From assembly GCA_964016885.1 (NCBI GenBank), contig OZ024740.1, positions 86,490,001 through 86,554,000 on the forward strand: a stretch of 64,000 bases of DNA, read 5' to 3'. This stretch comes from Eledone cirrhosa (taxonomy: Eukaryota). The notes below the pieces were generated by a model. It had not been told where the DNA came from. It made no database searches and saw only the letters and a program-made list of their open reading frames with translations. This document shows positions 1 to 12,339 of this stretch, one piece after another. Within the stretch, counting starts at the first letter, position 1. Every line of letters starts with the position of its first letter. The position numbers were made by a program, and so were the translations under genes.

Positions 1-34
<34 letters not shown>

Positions 35-479
35 CAAGAAAACGACAAAACAGAGGTACAAAATGTCTTATTAGTTTCACATACATACATACATACATAC
101 ATACATACATACATACATACATACAAATATACATACATGTACATACAAACTTATATATATGCTTATGTACATACGCATTTTATTTTTGAATCCCTAAGAT
201 TTGAAAAATATATTTGTTACGAAATGTCTATTTAACTTGATATAATTATTATTCAATACATCTCCTCCTACTCCACACATTCTCTTATTCTCTCTCATGT
301 TCTCTCTCTTTCTCTTTGAGTCTCTGTATCTCTTACTGCTTCTCATTCTGTATTTAAATAGATATTTCTGTATGTTCTTCTGGTGTTCACAAATAGAGAA
401 TGAGCCGGTTTCTAACATAGACAAAAGACTCTTTCATTTGCATTTAGACATCAACTAGCTAATTATGTATGTATGTCTG

Positions 480-528
<49 letters not shown>

Positions 529-639
529 GTATGGATGTTATTGTATGTGTGGATCTGCATGTTTTCAGTTATATGTGTATACGTACATATTTTCTGTGTT
601 CATACATTTGTATATGCACTTATACACAGAATTCTGAAA

Positions 640-1790
640 TATTTTACGTATTTTTAGTGGGCTTTATTTGCAACTTCCTAACTAGCCGTACGTCATCTGA
701 TTCTGTGAAGCCCAGCTTCTCAACATTTGTACTGATGCAGTTAGTAACGTATCCAAGAGCCCCAATGATCACATATACAAATGTAAAGGTATAGTCAGGC
801 TGGCGTATTTGCAGATTCCTCATTAGTTGGCATAAATGTTCTCCTTTTCGCTAATCTTTAGCATCATCTTGAAATCTGGGAAACTGATTTCGACTACTGT
901 GCATGCCTTCTTTTCTCTGGCCCATACCATCATGTCTGGTTTGCTGTGTTTATACTTTATCGGGGGTTTTGAATTGAACATTCTCCCACTTCTTCATATC
1001 ATGTGTCTATACGTCCTCCACATCGCTGTAGATTTTTATATGTCTATTGTCGGGGCTATCTTTTTCCTACGGATAATATTGTATAGGGTTTTGGCCACTA
1101 TGCCATGCTTCATAAGTAGATAGTATCGTGTTGACATCTGTTGACAGCTGTTTTGATGATATGTGCGACATCTTCGATGTTACTTTCTCAGAGTCTGCAT
1201 TTGTTGTCCCATCTAGTTGTTTTGCCTGCATCACTATCTATTTTGTGAATCAGGTACTTTGTATTGATTTCCTGTTCTTTGATTGAAAAAGCATATCCGA
1301 CAAAGTGAGTGCCAATATATGCCAATATAGCGATTGTTGGTCCAAGATAGAGTACTTTGCTCATCTATACTACTCTTACTTGGGAGCTTTTTGGCAACAT
1401 GCCCATCCATGATCTTTTGCTGCTTTTCATCCATGGATTGCGGTATTGTTATGCAATTTCCCTGGGTTATCATGCCGGATGTATTTCTCAGAGTGCTTCT
1501 TTCCAACTCTCGTGGTGTTATCTGTCTCATGTAAACAGACGTGTTCAATAGATGAGCCTATCTGCTTGGTGGTTCGTAGATGTTATCGGAGGGATACAAG
1601 GCGGCACTGCAAAGTTATCTGGACTGACATTAAGCCTTTGCTCCCTGTTTACGTTTCATGTAGAGGCGGTCTATGTCACTGTTGATATGGACATTTCCGG
1701 TGCTCGTTAGGTTTATTCGGGTTTAAAAGCGATGGATCGGACTTCAAGTATTCTAAATGTTGGTGTCGGGAAAGACAAAGAAAACACATT
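640..1790 (-). mobile_element. Degenerate 3' portion of an R4/Dong-like non-LTR retrotransposon (CCHC zinc knuckle + restriction-like endonuclease)
   Basis: Manual minus-strand translation gives FSIKEQEINTKYL...NKCRL*ESNIEDVAHII..SCQQMSTRYYLLMKHGIVAKTLY and KPDMMVWAREKKACTVVEISFP (PD..D/E RLE motif), with stops and frameshifts. Boundaries are approximate. Confidence 0.75.
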
Positions 1791-1849
1791 ATGGTCACTG
1801 ATATGTTGTGCGCAGAGAGTTGAGATGTATGTATGCATGTGCCATTGAG

Positions 1850-2233
<384 letters not shown>

Positions 2234-2316
2234 GTTATTCCGGGTTGAATCGGAGGTAACCACAGTAAGTAAGGTACTCAATACATTGCAGAGTATAAAA
2301 GTTTTAATATAGATGA

Positions 2317-2365
2317 GATTCTACAGGACTAGAACTGCTTCATTCTTTAGAAATCATCAGGAATC
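2317..2365 (-). ncRNA. Type I hammerhead ribozyme (family B), mirror copy with GAAA->GAAG core mutation
   Basis: Reverse complement reads gauuc CUGAUGA uuucuaaagaau GAAG caguucuagucc UGUA gaauc. Confidence 0.65.
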
Positions 2366-2366
2366 T

Positions 2367-2415
2367 GATTCCTGATGATTTCTAAAGAATGAAACAGTTC
2401 TAGTCCTGTAGAACC
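2367..2415 (+). ncRNA. Type I hammerhead ribozyme (family B)
   Basis: gauuc-CUGAUGA-uuuc uaaa gaau-GAAA-cag uucuaguc cug-UA^gaacc. Core intact, predicted cleavage after A2410, one stem I mismatch. Confidence 0.8.
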
Positions 2416-2445
2416 TCATCTATATTGAAACTATATATATATATA

Positions 2446-2517
2446 TAAAACTCAGATTATATATATTTGTTTATATATATATATATATATAAACAAATAT
2501 ATATAATCTGAGTTTTT
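2446..2517. repeat. Palindrome centred on (TA)n
   Basis: aaaaactcagattatatatatttgttt-(ta)n-aaacaaatatatataatctgagttttt. Confidence 0.85.
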
Positions 2518-2714
2518 AGAATATTAATAACAATATTCGATTCGTTTGCAATTATGCAAACAAGCCTCATTTTTTAAAGCCATGTCAGTAGAATGAGCCC
2601 CTTATTCTTTCTCTTGTGTTGGCATGTAAACAGAATAGTGTTAGTAATATTCGAAAAACTCAGATTACATTTATTGTATTCAGCAATGTAGAGCGAAATT
2701 TCTTTTTTATTAAA

Positions 2715-2781
<67 letters not shown>

Positions 2782-2857
2782 CGAAGGAAATGTGGTAAGG
2801 AACCAGGTGGACCATAACGCACCAAAGTACTCAATACTTGAGGTAGTAGAGTGGGTA

Positions 2858-3885
2858 ATAGGAACCAGTAAGACCCCGACAGCTGAGCTCAAGCCGTTTC
2901 GACGGCTAATTCTGGACTAAATGAACATTTATCCTGGTATTTAAATAGCCGATCTTCTCAAGGGGTAATTCCATATATGGTCAAAGTGATTGTCAAAAAT
3001 CAGTAGTAATTCTGTGGTTGCAAATTAGTAGGGGAGATGGTGGCTAAACCTGCCAGTAGGAGAAAGAGGGGAGGGGGTGGAGTAGACCCAATCAAGCGTT
3101 GGTAGTGCCAGCTACAGCTGGGCATGAGGTCAAAGAAGATACAGGGGAGGGGGAGGGGGAGGAAGTCGGAACGGTAGGTAGAACAATGGGGGGTAAAAAT
3201 AGGAAAGAAAAAATACTGAGAGTGAAGAAAAGCAAAAAAGTGTAAAGAAAAAATTAAATTCTACGACCTAGGTGTCAGGCTATTGTTAGGCGAGAATAAA
3301 ATAAAGAAAGAAAGAAAGAAGTAAATAAATAAATAAATAAATAAATAAGGAAATAAGTAAAAGAACTAGGTGGGACGAATTAAGCAAGGACCCTTTTAAG
3401 AGGTATAAGTACGTAAATGATACGGTGACTGGTCAACAAAAGGGGCCAAAATACTAAAGAGACTACCACGAAATAAACAATAAAGGTTTCCATCCCGGGC
3501 CAGCAACGACCCAGTGCAGCAAAGTGAACTTGTACGACATAATAATTCTGAGTCCCGGGAAAAATATATACTAATGCTAACTCTAAAAGATCTAAAACAA
3601 GCTACATGAAAGTTCGTACGAAATAAAGGTAGAATACGGAGAAATAAGTTCAGAATCCACCCCGCCCAGAAGAAAAGCGAAGCAAGAAATACTGAAACGA
3701 AAAAATAAGGCATAAGTGCCACTAAGAAATAAAGAGGGCACAGAGAATAGTGGGAGCGGTCGGAAAAGGGGGGCAAGTATCCGGGGTCTAAGCCAACTGC
3801 TATAAAGGGCGGAGTCCGCCAAATCTATCAAAGACTAGGGGAGGGGGGAGTGGGGGTACTAAGGCTACATGGGGCCAAAGGGCAG
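2858..3885 (-). repeat. 3' pseudo-LTR, left arm of 1028-bp inverted repeat
   Basis: Reverse complement of 6072-7099; ORF translations 3396..3776(-) and 6181..6561(+) are identical. Confidence 0.95.
2873..2966 (-). ncRNA. Type I hammerhead ribozyme (family A), copy in 3' pLTR
   Basis: Mirror image of 6991-7084. Confidence 0.8.
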
Positions 3886-4062
3886 CCTCGGGTGGGCGAG
3901 AAAAGACGCCGACAAAGGAGAAGAGCTGGGGTAGAAGGACAAAGGAGAGAGGGGGGAAGGAAATAAAGGATGCGATAAAAGAATACAAAGAAGATCTTAC
4001 GTCTTCCTTGGCAAGCAGGGGTTACCCATTGCAAAATCGGCAACTGGGGTGTTAAAGCCCTA

Positions 4063-6071
4063 GTCTACCCCCCCGGGTCATTATGGGGTTTGAGGGCGAG
4101 GTAAGTCCTACGCAATCTATGTTTACATGCAGTAACCAGTTCATCTTTCTTGTTTAGGAGTTGGTCCGTCGAAAACAGCATTTGTAAAGTTTCCTCCGAG
4201 CATAAATTGCACGGACGGCGTCCTCCCGTGTAAGAATTGGCTAAGTGAGATCATAGGTGATGTTGTTGTCCTTGAGGTCCCATATGTGGCCCGAAAGTGT
4301 AGTGGCGTGACGCCGGGCCGGGTTTCGGAAGGTATGTCTATGTTGGTATAGCCGGGTCTTGAAGTCACATGCGGTAAGTCCTATATAGGCTTTGTTGGAG
4401 GTATCCGTCCTCACGTTGCACTGGTAGATCACATTACGGTCTCTGCATCTATTGTCGAGTGGGCAAATAGATCTATCCGGGCAGTTACACCTCCTGGTCG
4501 GTTCTCCACTGCTATTTAGGTTATTTCTGCCATCGGGGTTGAGTTTTTTGTTGTTAGAGGAGACGATGTTTTGTGCGAAGTTTGGTGTAGTGCTGTAAGA
4601 GAGTTTGATGGTATTTTTGTTAATTATGTTGTGGTAGCAGTGTTGTAATGGGAAGTGTTTTTCAATGAGCCTAAAGAATAGTTTCCCGATGGGAGTAGTC
4701 ACCTCTGCGTTGTGGGGAGGATTGAACCATGTTACATTGCGTGAGCGGCGGTGTCTCCTGCTGGTTCCGCTAATGGGATCTGGACAGTAGGATATTTCCT
4801 CCCGGAAACCACTCCGCTTGAGGGCCTGGTTGTAATAAGGCGCATGTTCATCGAATATCCGCTCATTAGCTGACAAACGGGATATGCGGAGGGAGATGTT
4901 TTTGACCAGGTTGTTTGTGATGTTCCTAGGATGGTTTGATCGGCGGTGGATGTAGTGCAGATTGTCATTAGGTTTCCTGTATGGGTAGTACAGGTCGTTT
5001 TCGAGGTCGAGGGTTACGTCCAGGAAGTTTACTCGGGTCAGGGACGTTTGTAGGGTTATTTTAAATCCCCAGTCGCGGAAGAATCTGATTAATTGTTTCC
5101 GGACCCGATCTGTACTACTGGGGTTGTACCCTTTAAGGGTAAGGAGCCCATCATCACGGTACAATCCACCACCGAATGCAGGAAACATATCAGTGAGTTT
5201 GGCTATTAGGAATAATCCTATAAGATCAGTGACCTCCGCCGAATCCGTGGCGCCCATGCTGACGTCGAAGGGTGAGTCGGGAGCTCTTTTTATCCATTTA
5301 GAGTCGTCAAAGAGTAAGACTGTCTTCCTGGCGTGGAGGATGATTTTTCTTTCCTGGTCGGTGATGGGCACGAGTGTTTCGGCGAAGTCCAAGGCGGCAG
5401 TAAGTAGCGGTAAGGTGATTGAAGCATAGTAGCTCTCTATGTCGAACTGTATGAATTTAGTTTCTCGTTTATCCTCCATATTGCTGAACCAGGAGATTAC
5501 TTCCTGGGTGTTGATCCATAGGCTAAGTCGGGTGTGTTGCTTGACTTTTGGTATCACGCGGTCTAGGATTTTTTTGCTGATTCTCCCTATGTCGGACTTC
5601 GTTGGGTTAATAAGCCTGATGGAGGGTTTACGGTCAAAATCGGATTTATGGTCCTTCAGTGTGAAGTATGGTGTCCGTGGGTCTAGAGGTTCCGTGCGGT
5701 CGGCGACCCCGAGGCTGGAGGTGATGTGTTGTCCAACTCGATTTATGTCCTCGATGCAAGAGTGGTTGGCCTTTTTATAGGTGGAGTTTAGGCTGCTCCT
5801 GATCAGTGTGTGGTATCTGTCAGGGTTGACAAAGTATAGGTTCCCAGTTTTATCCGAATGCACCATGATGTCATTTGTGTTATCATACTCTGTTAAGTTG
5901 CTACGGAGTTTTTGTAGGAATCGGTTGTGTCTGGGTTTAAATGTTCTTGACCAGTTGGAAGAGGTCATTCTCGAAGGGTGCGAGCAAGGGGTTCAGGGGC
6001 GGAGATTTGTAGGTAATAAATCCGAATCTCTCCTTGGTGCCGAAGTCTTGGTTGTCGCAATATCGCAATAT
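4063..6071 (-). pseudogene. PLE reverse transcriptase + C-terminal GIY-YIG endonuclease (main open frame 4241-5968, frameshifts near 5940 and 4240)
   Basis: Motifs SDKTGNLY, FTLKDHK..RLINPTK, FDIESYY, FDVSMGATDSAEV, GLYRDDGL, NFLDVTL, Cys linker CNCPDRSICPLDNRC, VIYQC..AYIGLT..FKTRLYQH. The C-terminus CNLCSEE..LLNKKDELVTACKH and the N-terminal KERFGF..KSPP..FENDL lie in shifted frames. Confidence 0.92.
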
Positions 6072-7099
6072 CTGCCCTTTGGCCCCATGTAGCCTTAGTA
6101 CCCCCACTCCCCCCTCCCCTAGTCTTTGATAGATTTGGCGGACTCCGCCCTTTATAGCAGTTGGCTTAGACCCCGGATACTTGCCCCCCTTTTCCGACCG
6201 CTCCCACTATTCTCTGTGCCCTCTTTATTTCTTAGTGGCACTTATGCCTTATTTTTTCGTTTCAGTATTTCTTGCTTCGCTTTTCTTCTGGGCGGGGTGG
6301 ATTCTGAACTTATTTCTCCGTATTCTACCTTTATTTCGTACGAACTTTCATGTAGCTTGTTTTAGATCTTTTAGAGTTAGCATTAGTATATATTTTTCCC
6401 GGGACTCAGAATTATTATGTCGTACAAGTTCACTTTGCTGCACTGGGTCGTTGCTGGCCCGGGATGGAAACCTTTATTGTTTATTTCGTGGTAGTCTCTT
6501 TAGTATTTTGGCCCCTTTTGTTGACCAGTCACCGTATCATTTACGTACTTATACCTCTTAAAAGGGTCCTTGCTTAATTCGTCCCACCTAGTTCTTTTAC
6601 TTATTTCCTTATTTATTTATTTATTTATTTATTTACTTCTTTCTTTCTTTCTTTATTTTATTCTCGCCTAACAATAGCCTGACACCTAGGTCGTAGAATT
6701 TAATTTTTTCTTTACACTTTTTTGCTTTTCTTCACTCTCAGTATTTTTTCTTTCCTATTTTTACCCCCCATTGTTCTACCTACCGTTCCGACTTCCTCCC
6801 CCTCCCCCTCCCCTGTATCTTCTTTGACCTCATGCCCAGCTGTAGCTGGCACTACCAACGCTTGATTGGGTCTACTCCACCCCCTCCCCTCTTTCTCCTA
6901 CTGGCAGGTTTAGCCACCATCTCCCCTACTAATTTGCAACCACAGAATTACTACTGATTTTTGACAATCACTTTGACCATATATGGAATTACCCCTTGAG
7001 AAGATCGGCTATTTAAATACCAGGATAAATGTTCATTTAGTCCAGAATTAGCCGTCGAAACGGCTTGAGCTCAGCTGTCGGGGTCTTACTGGTTCCTAT
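6072..7099 (+). repeat. Inverted pseudo-LTR copy, right arm of 1028-bp inverted repeat
   Basis: Begins ctgccctttggcccc at the RT truncation point and ends ggttcctat at (TA)n. Confidence 0.95.
6991..7084 (+). ncRNA. Type I hammerhead ribozyme (family A), U3:A8 core variant with extended stem II
   Basis: acccc-UUGAGAA-gaucggcua...uagccguc-GAAA-cggc uugagcuca gcug-UC^ggggu. Stems I, II and III all pair; predicted cleavage after C7079; palindromic loop III. Confidence 0.8.
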
Positions 7100-7679
7100 A
7101 TATATATATATATATATGCTTGTATAAATAATACATGCATATATTTATTTTTTATATCCAATTGCGTTCTTCACACATGGTTAAAATTATTGAAAGAATT
7201 AATTGACCCGCGTGCATATTATTTTATTCTTTTATGTTTTGCGATGACCTCCCTTTTCCGCTTGATGGCAGTGTGGGATTTCTCATTGTGAGATTGCTGG
7301 AATTTCAAATTTGGCGGTCATTCTAGCACTGAATTAATTTTCACATACATGTTCATTCAGAGAAGAAAGTCAATTTCTCTGTCCATCCTTCTCTGCTAAT
7401 GGCTTGGTTGTGAGTGGTGTGACTTGGTTTGACTGGAGGGGAGAGGAGAAGAAGAAGTAGGGAGAGGAGGCAGGGGATAGTTGTTGTGGTAGGGATGCCC
7501 TAATCAATCCACATCCACGAACCCGAACCTTCAATAACAACAGCAAGGAACAATACAACCACAGGAGACAACCCAGCATCAACAACCATCACAACTAGCT
7601 TAATCCTTTTTTAGACCTAGTACACAGACACAGAGAAACGATATTGACACAAGACATACAGGAGAGACCAAAACTGATA

Positions 7680-9905
7680 AAAGTCATAAATTTAACCCCT
7701 AAATAACTAACAACGGACCAAATCAACATACTCTCCAAAGGGCTAAAATTTACACACACACCCACCCGCAACGCCCAAAATACGACGAAATGAAGGAGGA
7801 CATTGCAGATTTCTGTAGATAACTAAGACTTAGCGAGGAACTACACGATAAGTACAATGAGGACGACTCACTAGCTAGAAATAGAAGCAACTACACCTCA
7901 TCAAAAGGTAAGAACAAATTCCTAGACCAATTCTACGAACACATTACAAATTACCCATATCAACACCTACACAGACATAACCACAAGCCAAACCTCAACA
8001 AGAAAAAATGGGATGAGCTTAACAGTTTAAAGAATGATAAAACTTTAACAATCATAGAGGCGGATAAAGGGAGTGCGGTAGTTCTTATGGAGACAAAATA
8101 TTATATAACGCTAGTACTCTCATATTTAGAAGACGAAACATACTACGAAAAGGCTCAACACTACAGCCAACAGAAAATAATGAGAAACCTAAAAACTCTA
8201 ACAATCCTTTACAGAGAAGGACTTACCGACAAGGAATACAAATATATCTCTGACTTCAAAAGCAAACCCAGCCTTTTCTACGGTTTCCTTGAGATGCATA
8301 AAAGCGAAAAAATAAGTATGACATGCAAGGAAACTACAGACATATTCATCAATGTCCCCTCACCCAACGACCTCAAATTAAGACCTAAAATAGCAGGTCC
8401 AGCTTGTGAAATCCACCGCCTCAGCAACTTCCTAGATATCCTGTTAAAACCATTCCTGAAACATATTAAAAGCTACATGAGGGACGACCTCGATATGCTC
8501 AACCACCTCCCCAAAACACTTAATAATGAACATACCTTACTAGTGTCTTTTGATATAGCCAACCTTTATTCCAATATCCCACACAACCTAGGAATAGAAG
8601 CAATCCAATTCTGGTTAGAAAATTACCCCAATGAACTACCACACCGCATCATAAAAGAATTCGTAATAGAAGGGCTCAAATTTATCTTGGAGAATAACTA
8701 GTTCTAATTCGATGTCAAATACCACAGACAGAAATCCGGGACTGCCACGAGCACGAAAAGGGTCCCCTCTTATGCCAACCTTGTTATGGGATACTTGGAA
8801 ATCACCCTCCACCGAAAAGTACTAGCTAAATACGGAAACTCCTTCTACCTCCACATAGAAAAAAACTGGAAGAGATATTTGGATGATTGTTTCATCCTCT
8901 GGCATGAAAGTATGGAAAGACTTAATGAATTTAAAACACTTCTAAATGGACTCAACACAAACATTCAATTTACAATGGAATACAGCCATGAACAACTTCC
9001 TTTCCTCGACACCCTTATCAAGAAAACCAACAACAAAATAGAAACAGACATATATTATAAACTCACAGACTCCAAACAGTATCTTCCATTCAACTCATGC
9101 CACCTTAGGCACACCAAAATTAGAATACCTTATAACCTAGTCAAAAGGATCTGCACAATAGTATCTGATAACTACACATGCTACATACGACTAGAAGAAT
9201 TAAAGAACACGTTTATTAGCAGGAATTACCCACCATCCCTAATCAACAATAGAATCAAAACAGAAAACAATGAATCAAAACAAGAAATAATGAATCAAAA
9301 CAGAAAACTCTACCATACATCTCCACACACAACCCCCTTAACAATGAGGCATTGGACACCATCCTCCAGAACATACCTTTACTAAAAAGAGACCTAAGAA
9401 TGAACCAAATCCTCCAAACGTATAATATCATAAAGAGCAAAAGACAACCCAAATCAATAAAAAAACATCCTTACACAGGCCAAAGTCCAGCCGACCCTCA
9501 CAATGAACCCTACAGTAAAAAAAATGCGGAAGACCCAACTGTGGTATATGTATCAATCTAATAGGTGAATCGGAGTTCCACTTCAAACAAGGACAACACT
9601 TTACAGTTAAGTGCAATTTCACATGTGCATCAGAAAACCTGATCTATGTGTTGACGTGCTCAGGTTGTCGAGAGCACTACATAGGAGAGACCAAAAACAA
9701 CCTCCGACAACGTATGACCGTCCATAGATCCCAAATCAATACGGGAATACAGAAAGATAGCACTAAGTGAACACATCGCGACCTGCGCATCTGATGAACA
9801 ACCCAATTTTAGAATGTTTCCCCTCTACAAATTCAAAACAACCCTTCCTATATCCAACGCATTAGCAAGGAATCACAATTTATCGCCAAATACGAACCCC
9901 TTCTA
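7680..9905 (+). pseudogene. PLE RT + Zn-finger linker + GIY-YIG endonuclease, multiple stops and frameshifts
   Basis: VINL..LSKGLKF, EADKGSAVVL, SFDIANLYSNIPH, PSYANLVMGYLE, WKRYLDDCF, LPFLDT, YLPFNSCH, then CGRPNCGIC and CASENLIYVLTCSGCREHYIGETKNNLRQRMTVH. Confidence 0.88.
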
Positions 9906-10229
9906 ACTGCTTCCACTTCGGACTAAACCAAAGCTGGCACACTTTAAAATTAACACCCTAGACAAATTAACCCTTTAGCAATGTATCCTTCTCCAAGATT
10001 CCAGGCTCTCCAAGAACCTCTGACAACTATATAATGCAGACGAAGCAACCACATCAACAAGTCCTGGAGGACCTCGACCAAGGTAATCGGATAAATGGAA
10101 AACTTCAGGTGTCAAACTAAATGCTCCACATTCCCCTGAATATGGAAGCTTCTGCTGAACATAGAATGGTTATTCCAGTGGCTCTGAACCCTTCTTTGTA
10201 GCAAAACTTTCTCCATTCACCTAAATTTA

Positions 10230-10497
10230 AAATTCGTGCTAGGGATGAATTAATATTTCAATAACTCTGAATCTTATGTGTGACAAAAACACAAGATGAA
10301 TGTTGATGATTCCTTCTTAGAAAAAATACCAAGATAGATGTTTTTAGAAACAATCAGCCCCTGAAATTTCTGCTAGGGATGGAATTAGTAACTCAATAAC
10401 ACTTAATCTTGTTTGTGGCAAAAAAAACAAGGTCAATGTTGATGATTTCTTCTAAGAAAAAATACCAAGATAGATATTTTTAGAAGCAATCACCCCC
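10230..10497 (+). repeat. Diverged tandem duplication (~135 bp x2) in PLE 3' region
   Basis: Both units read ...tgctagggatg..aatta..caataac....aatgttgatgatt..ttct..agaaaaataccaagataga..tttttagaa.caatca.cccc. Confidence 0.75.
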
Positions 10498-10842
10498 CCC
10501 CCCCCCCCCATCCAGTCAACTCTAAGGTCACCCAGCCTTTCAAACCAATCCAGGTCAAACCTTGTATCCACTATTCAAAGGGTCTCACATAGCAGTCTGC
10601 TGCCACAACAACCAGCCCCTGCCTCCGCCCCTCCTTCTTCTTCTCCTATCCCCCTGCTTCTACCCTTTCCAGTCACAACCAAGCCATTAACAGAGAGGAT
10701 GGACAGAGAAATTGACTTTCTTCTCTGAATGAACATGTATGTGAAAATTAATTTTTCTTCCCCTCTCTATATTTTTTTTTTGTTATTATCATTATTTTCA
10801 CTATTTGTACAAATATGCAACTTAACAATATGCTGCATATCC

Positions 10843-10880
10843 GCAATTGACAATGCATTTAATGCTGAAACCGGTATAGT
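10843..10880 (+). ncRNA. Minimal type I hammerhead ribozyme (family C), U3:A8 core
   Basis: gcaa-UUGACAA-ugcauu u aaugcu-GAAA-ccgg-UA^uagu followed by aaataaa. Palindromic ACCGGU stem III; stem I weak with one mismatch. Confidence 0.62.
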
Positions 10881-11028
10881 AAATAAATTAATGTTTTGAT
10901 ATTTCACTGCAAAAATCTCTTCAACATTTTCGACTTAAAAAATCTTTTTCCTCTCAACTATTTGTTTTTATATATATCAACTCGTGTGTTAACTTTCTAC
11001 ATTCGATATATATATGTATATATATATA

Positions 11029-12339
11029 CTAGCAGAATGGCCCGCGTTGCTCGGGATTTGCTCTAGGGTTCTTATATATTTGATATATATTTATCCTTAT
11101 CGAGCCTCGTGAAATAAATACGTTTGTTTATATTTTATTATTGTGTATGCAAAAATATGTTTTGTTATTGTGTATGCAAAAATATCTGTACACGAATATA
11201 TATATATATATAAGAAAAATGGAGTGCTGCGTGGTTGCACATGGGTTATATATGAATAAAATTAGTCCTTCATCAGTAATCTTCCAACCATCATTGGTAT
11301 TTCATCCCTTTAAAAATCATATTTCTCTGGTTGGTGCGAGCAATAACTAAATAAAGTTATTCGGACAAGTAAAATAGGGTGAAACGAACGAGACATGTAA
11401 ACAAACAACGATGGTATTGCAACAGAAAGATAGGAAGAGACAAGTACATGATATCTGTAAGCTTAAGCTTGGTGAATTCATGGACGAGAGATACAGACCA
11501 TCCGACATGAGTGAGATGTGAGCGAGAAAAGGATTTCACACAGGTCAAACGGCAGGAAGTGAGAGAGGGGGAGAAGCAGAGAGTGGGTGAGTGGAAATAT
11601 GAGGAAGACGCCAGCCGAGAGAGAGTGTGACTGGCAGAGGGGATAAAAAGAAGGTGAGAGATACAGAGAGAGGGGAAGCAGTAAGAAAGAAACATAAAAT
11701 CGCGGCTGAGGAAAAAATATAAATATAAGAAAAATGGAGTGCTGCGTGGTTGCACATGGGTTACATATGAATAAAATTAGTCCTTCATCAGTGATCTTTC
11801 AACTTCCATTGGTATTTCATCGCTATATATTTGTATATATATTAAAATAACAGATTAAAGTTTAAGCAATGAATCGCTGGTTTCACCCTTAACGGGATCT
11901 TCTGAAACTAAAAAAAAATCAATCTGTGAACGCAGCTATAAATATTTCGAAAAACGTTGCAGTCGAAGGAAAACACGAAGACGATACTTTGGTTCTTGAA
12001 GATGTTCCCTGGCATAAGAATATATATATATATACACACACTGATCGCGTCATAATGACGTAATGCTGATAGCCAGGCATAAAGACAGATATTATAAGGG
12101 TGCAACGTTATATCTATGAATCTATCTAAAAAGACAAAGACTAAGAGTCATAGAGAGAGATCGCTAAATCGCCTAATGCAGTCCCTGGGGCATTGAAAAT
12201 TTGAAATACCTTTTGCTCAGAACACTCACAGGACCATAAGTATTACATATGTAAAGTTTCAAAACAATCGGTTGGGTAGTTCTCGAGTTTTAGTGATTGG
12301 ACAGACAGACAGACAGACATTCTCTGTTTTAGATATATA
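11029..12339 (-). mobile_element. Non-autonomous Helitron-like element, copy 1
   Basis: Minus-strand 3' end is hairpin cccgagcaacgcggg then CTAG|T; 5' region has a (CTGT)n microsatellite as in Lep1/HINE-type elements; no TSD seen. Confidence 0.7.

Larger units (their letters stand above)
2781..7099 (-). mobile_element. Penelope-like retroelement (Nematis-like), 5'-truncated with inverted pLTR copy, inserted in (TA)n
   Basis: RT+GIY-YIG ORF on the minus strand; 1028-bp inverted repeat (2858-3885 vs 6072-7099); hammerheads in both pLTRs; (TA)n at both ends. Confidence 0.93.
7120..11006 (+). mobile_element. Decayed Penelope-like element (Neptune-like) with diverged inverted 5' pLTR fragment
   Basis: RT/EN remnants at 7680-9905; 7331-7500 is an imperfect reverse complement of about 10590-10753; hammerhead near the 3' end; (TA)n flanks. 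Confidence 0.85.

Noticed and set aside
395-460. Minus-strand TTGATGT...GAAAccgg hammerhead-like motif
   Set aside because: Core deviates at several positions and there is no stem I.
1186-1200. In-frame TGA at a zinc-knuckle Cys position (CRL*) as possible selenocysteine
   Set aside because: The element is heavily degenerate with other lesions and no SECIS was seen; a point mutation is simpler.
3396-3831. ORFs duplicated identically at 6126-6561
   Set aside because: Chance ORFs in the pyrimidine-rich pLTR; the identity only reflects the inverted repeat.
2858-7099. DNA transposon or DIRS-like interpretation of the long inverted repeats
   Set aside because: The internal ORF is PLE RT + GIY-YIG with no transposase or tyrosine recombinase, and the right arm starts at an RT truncation.
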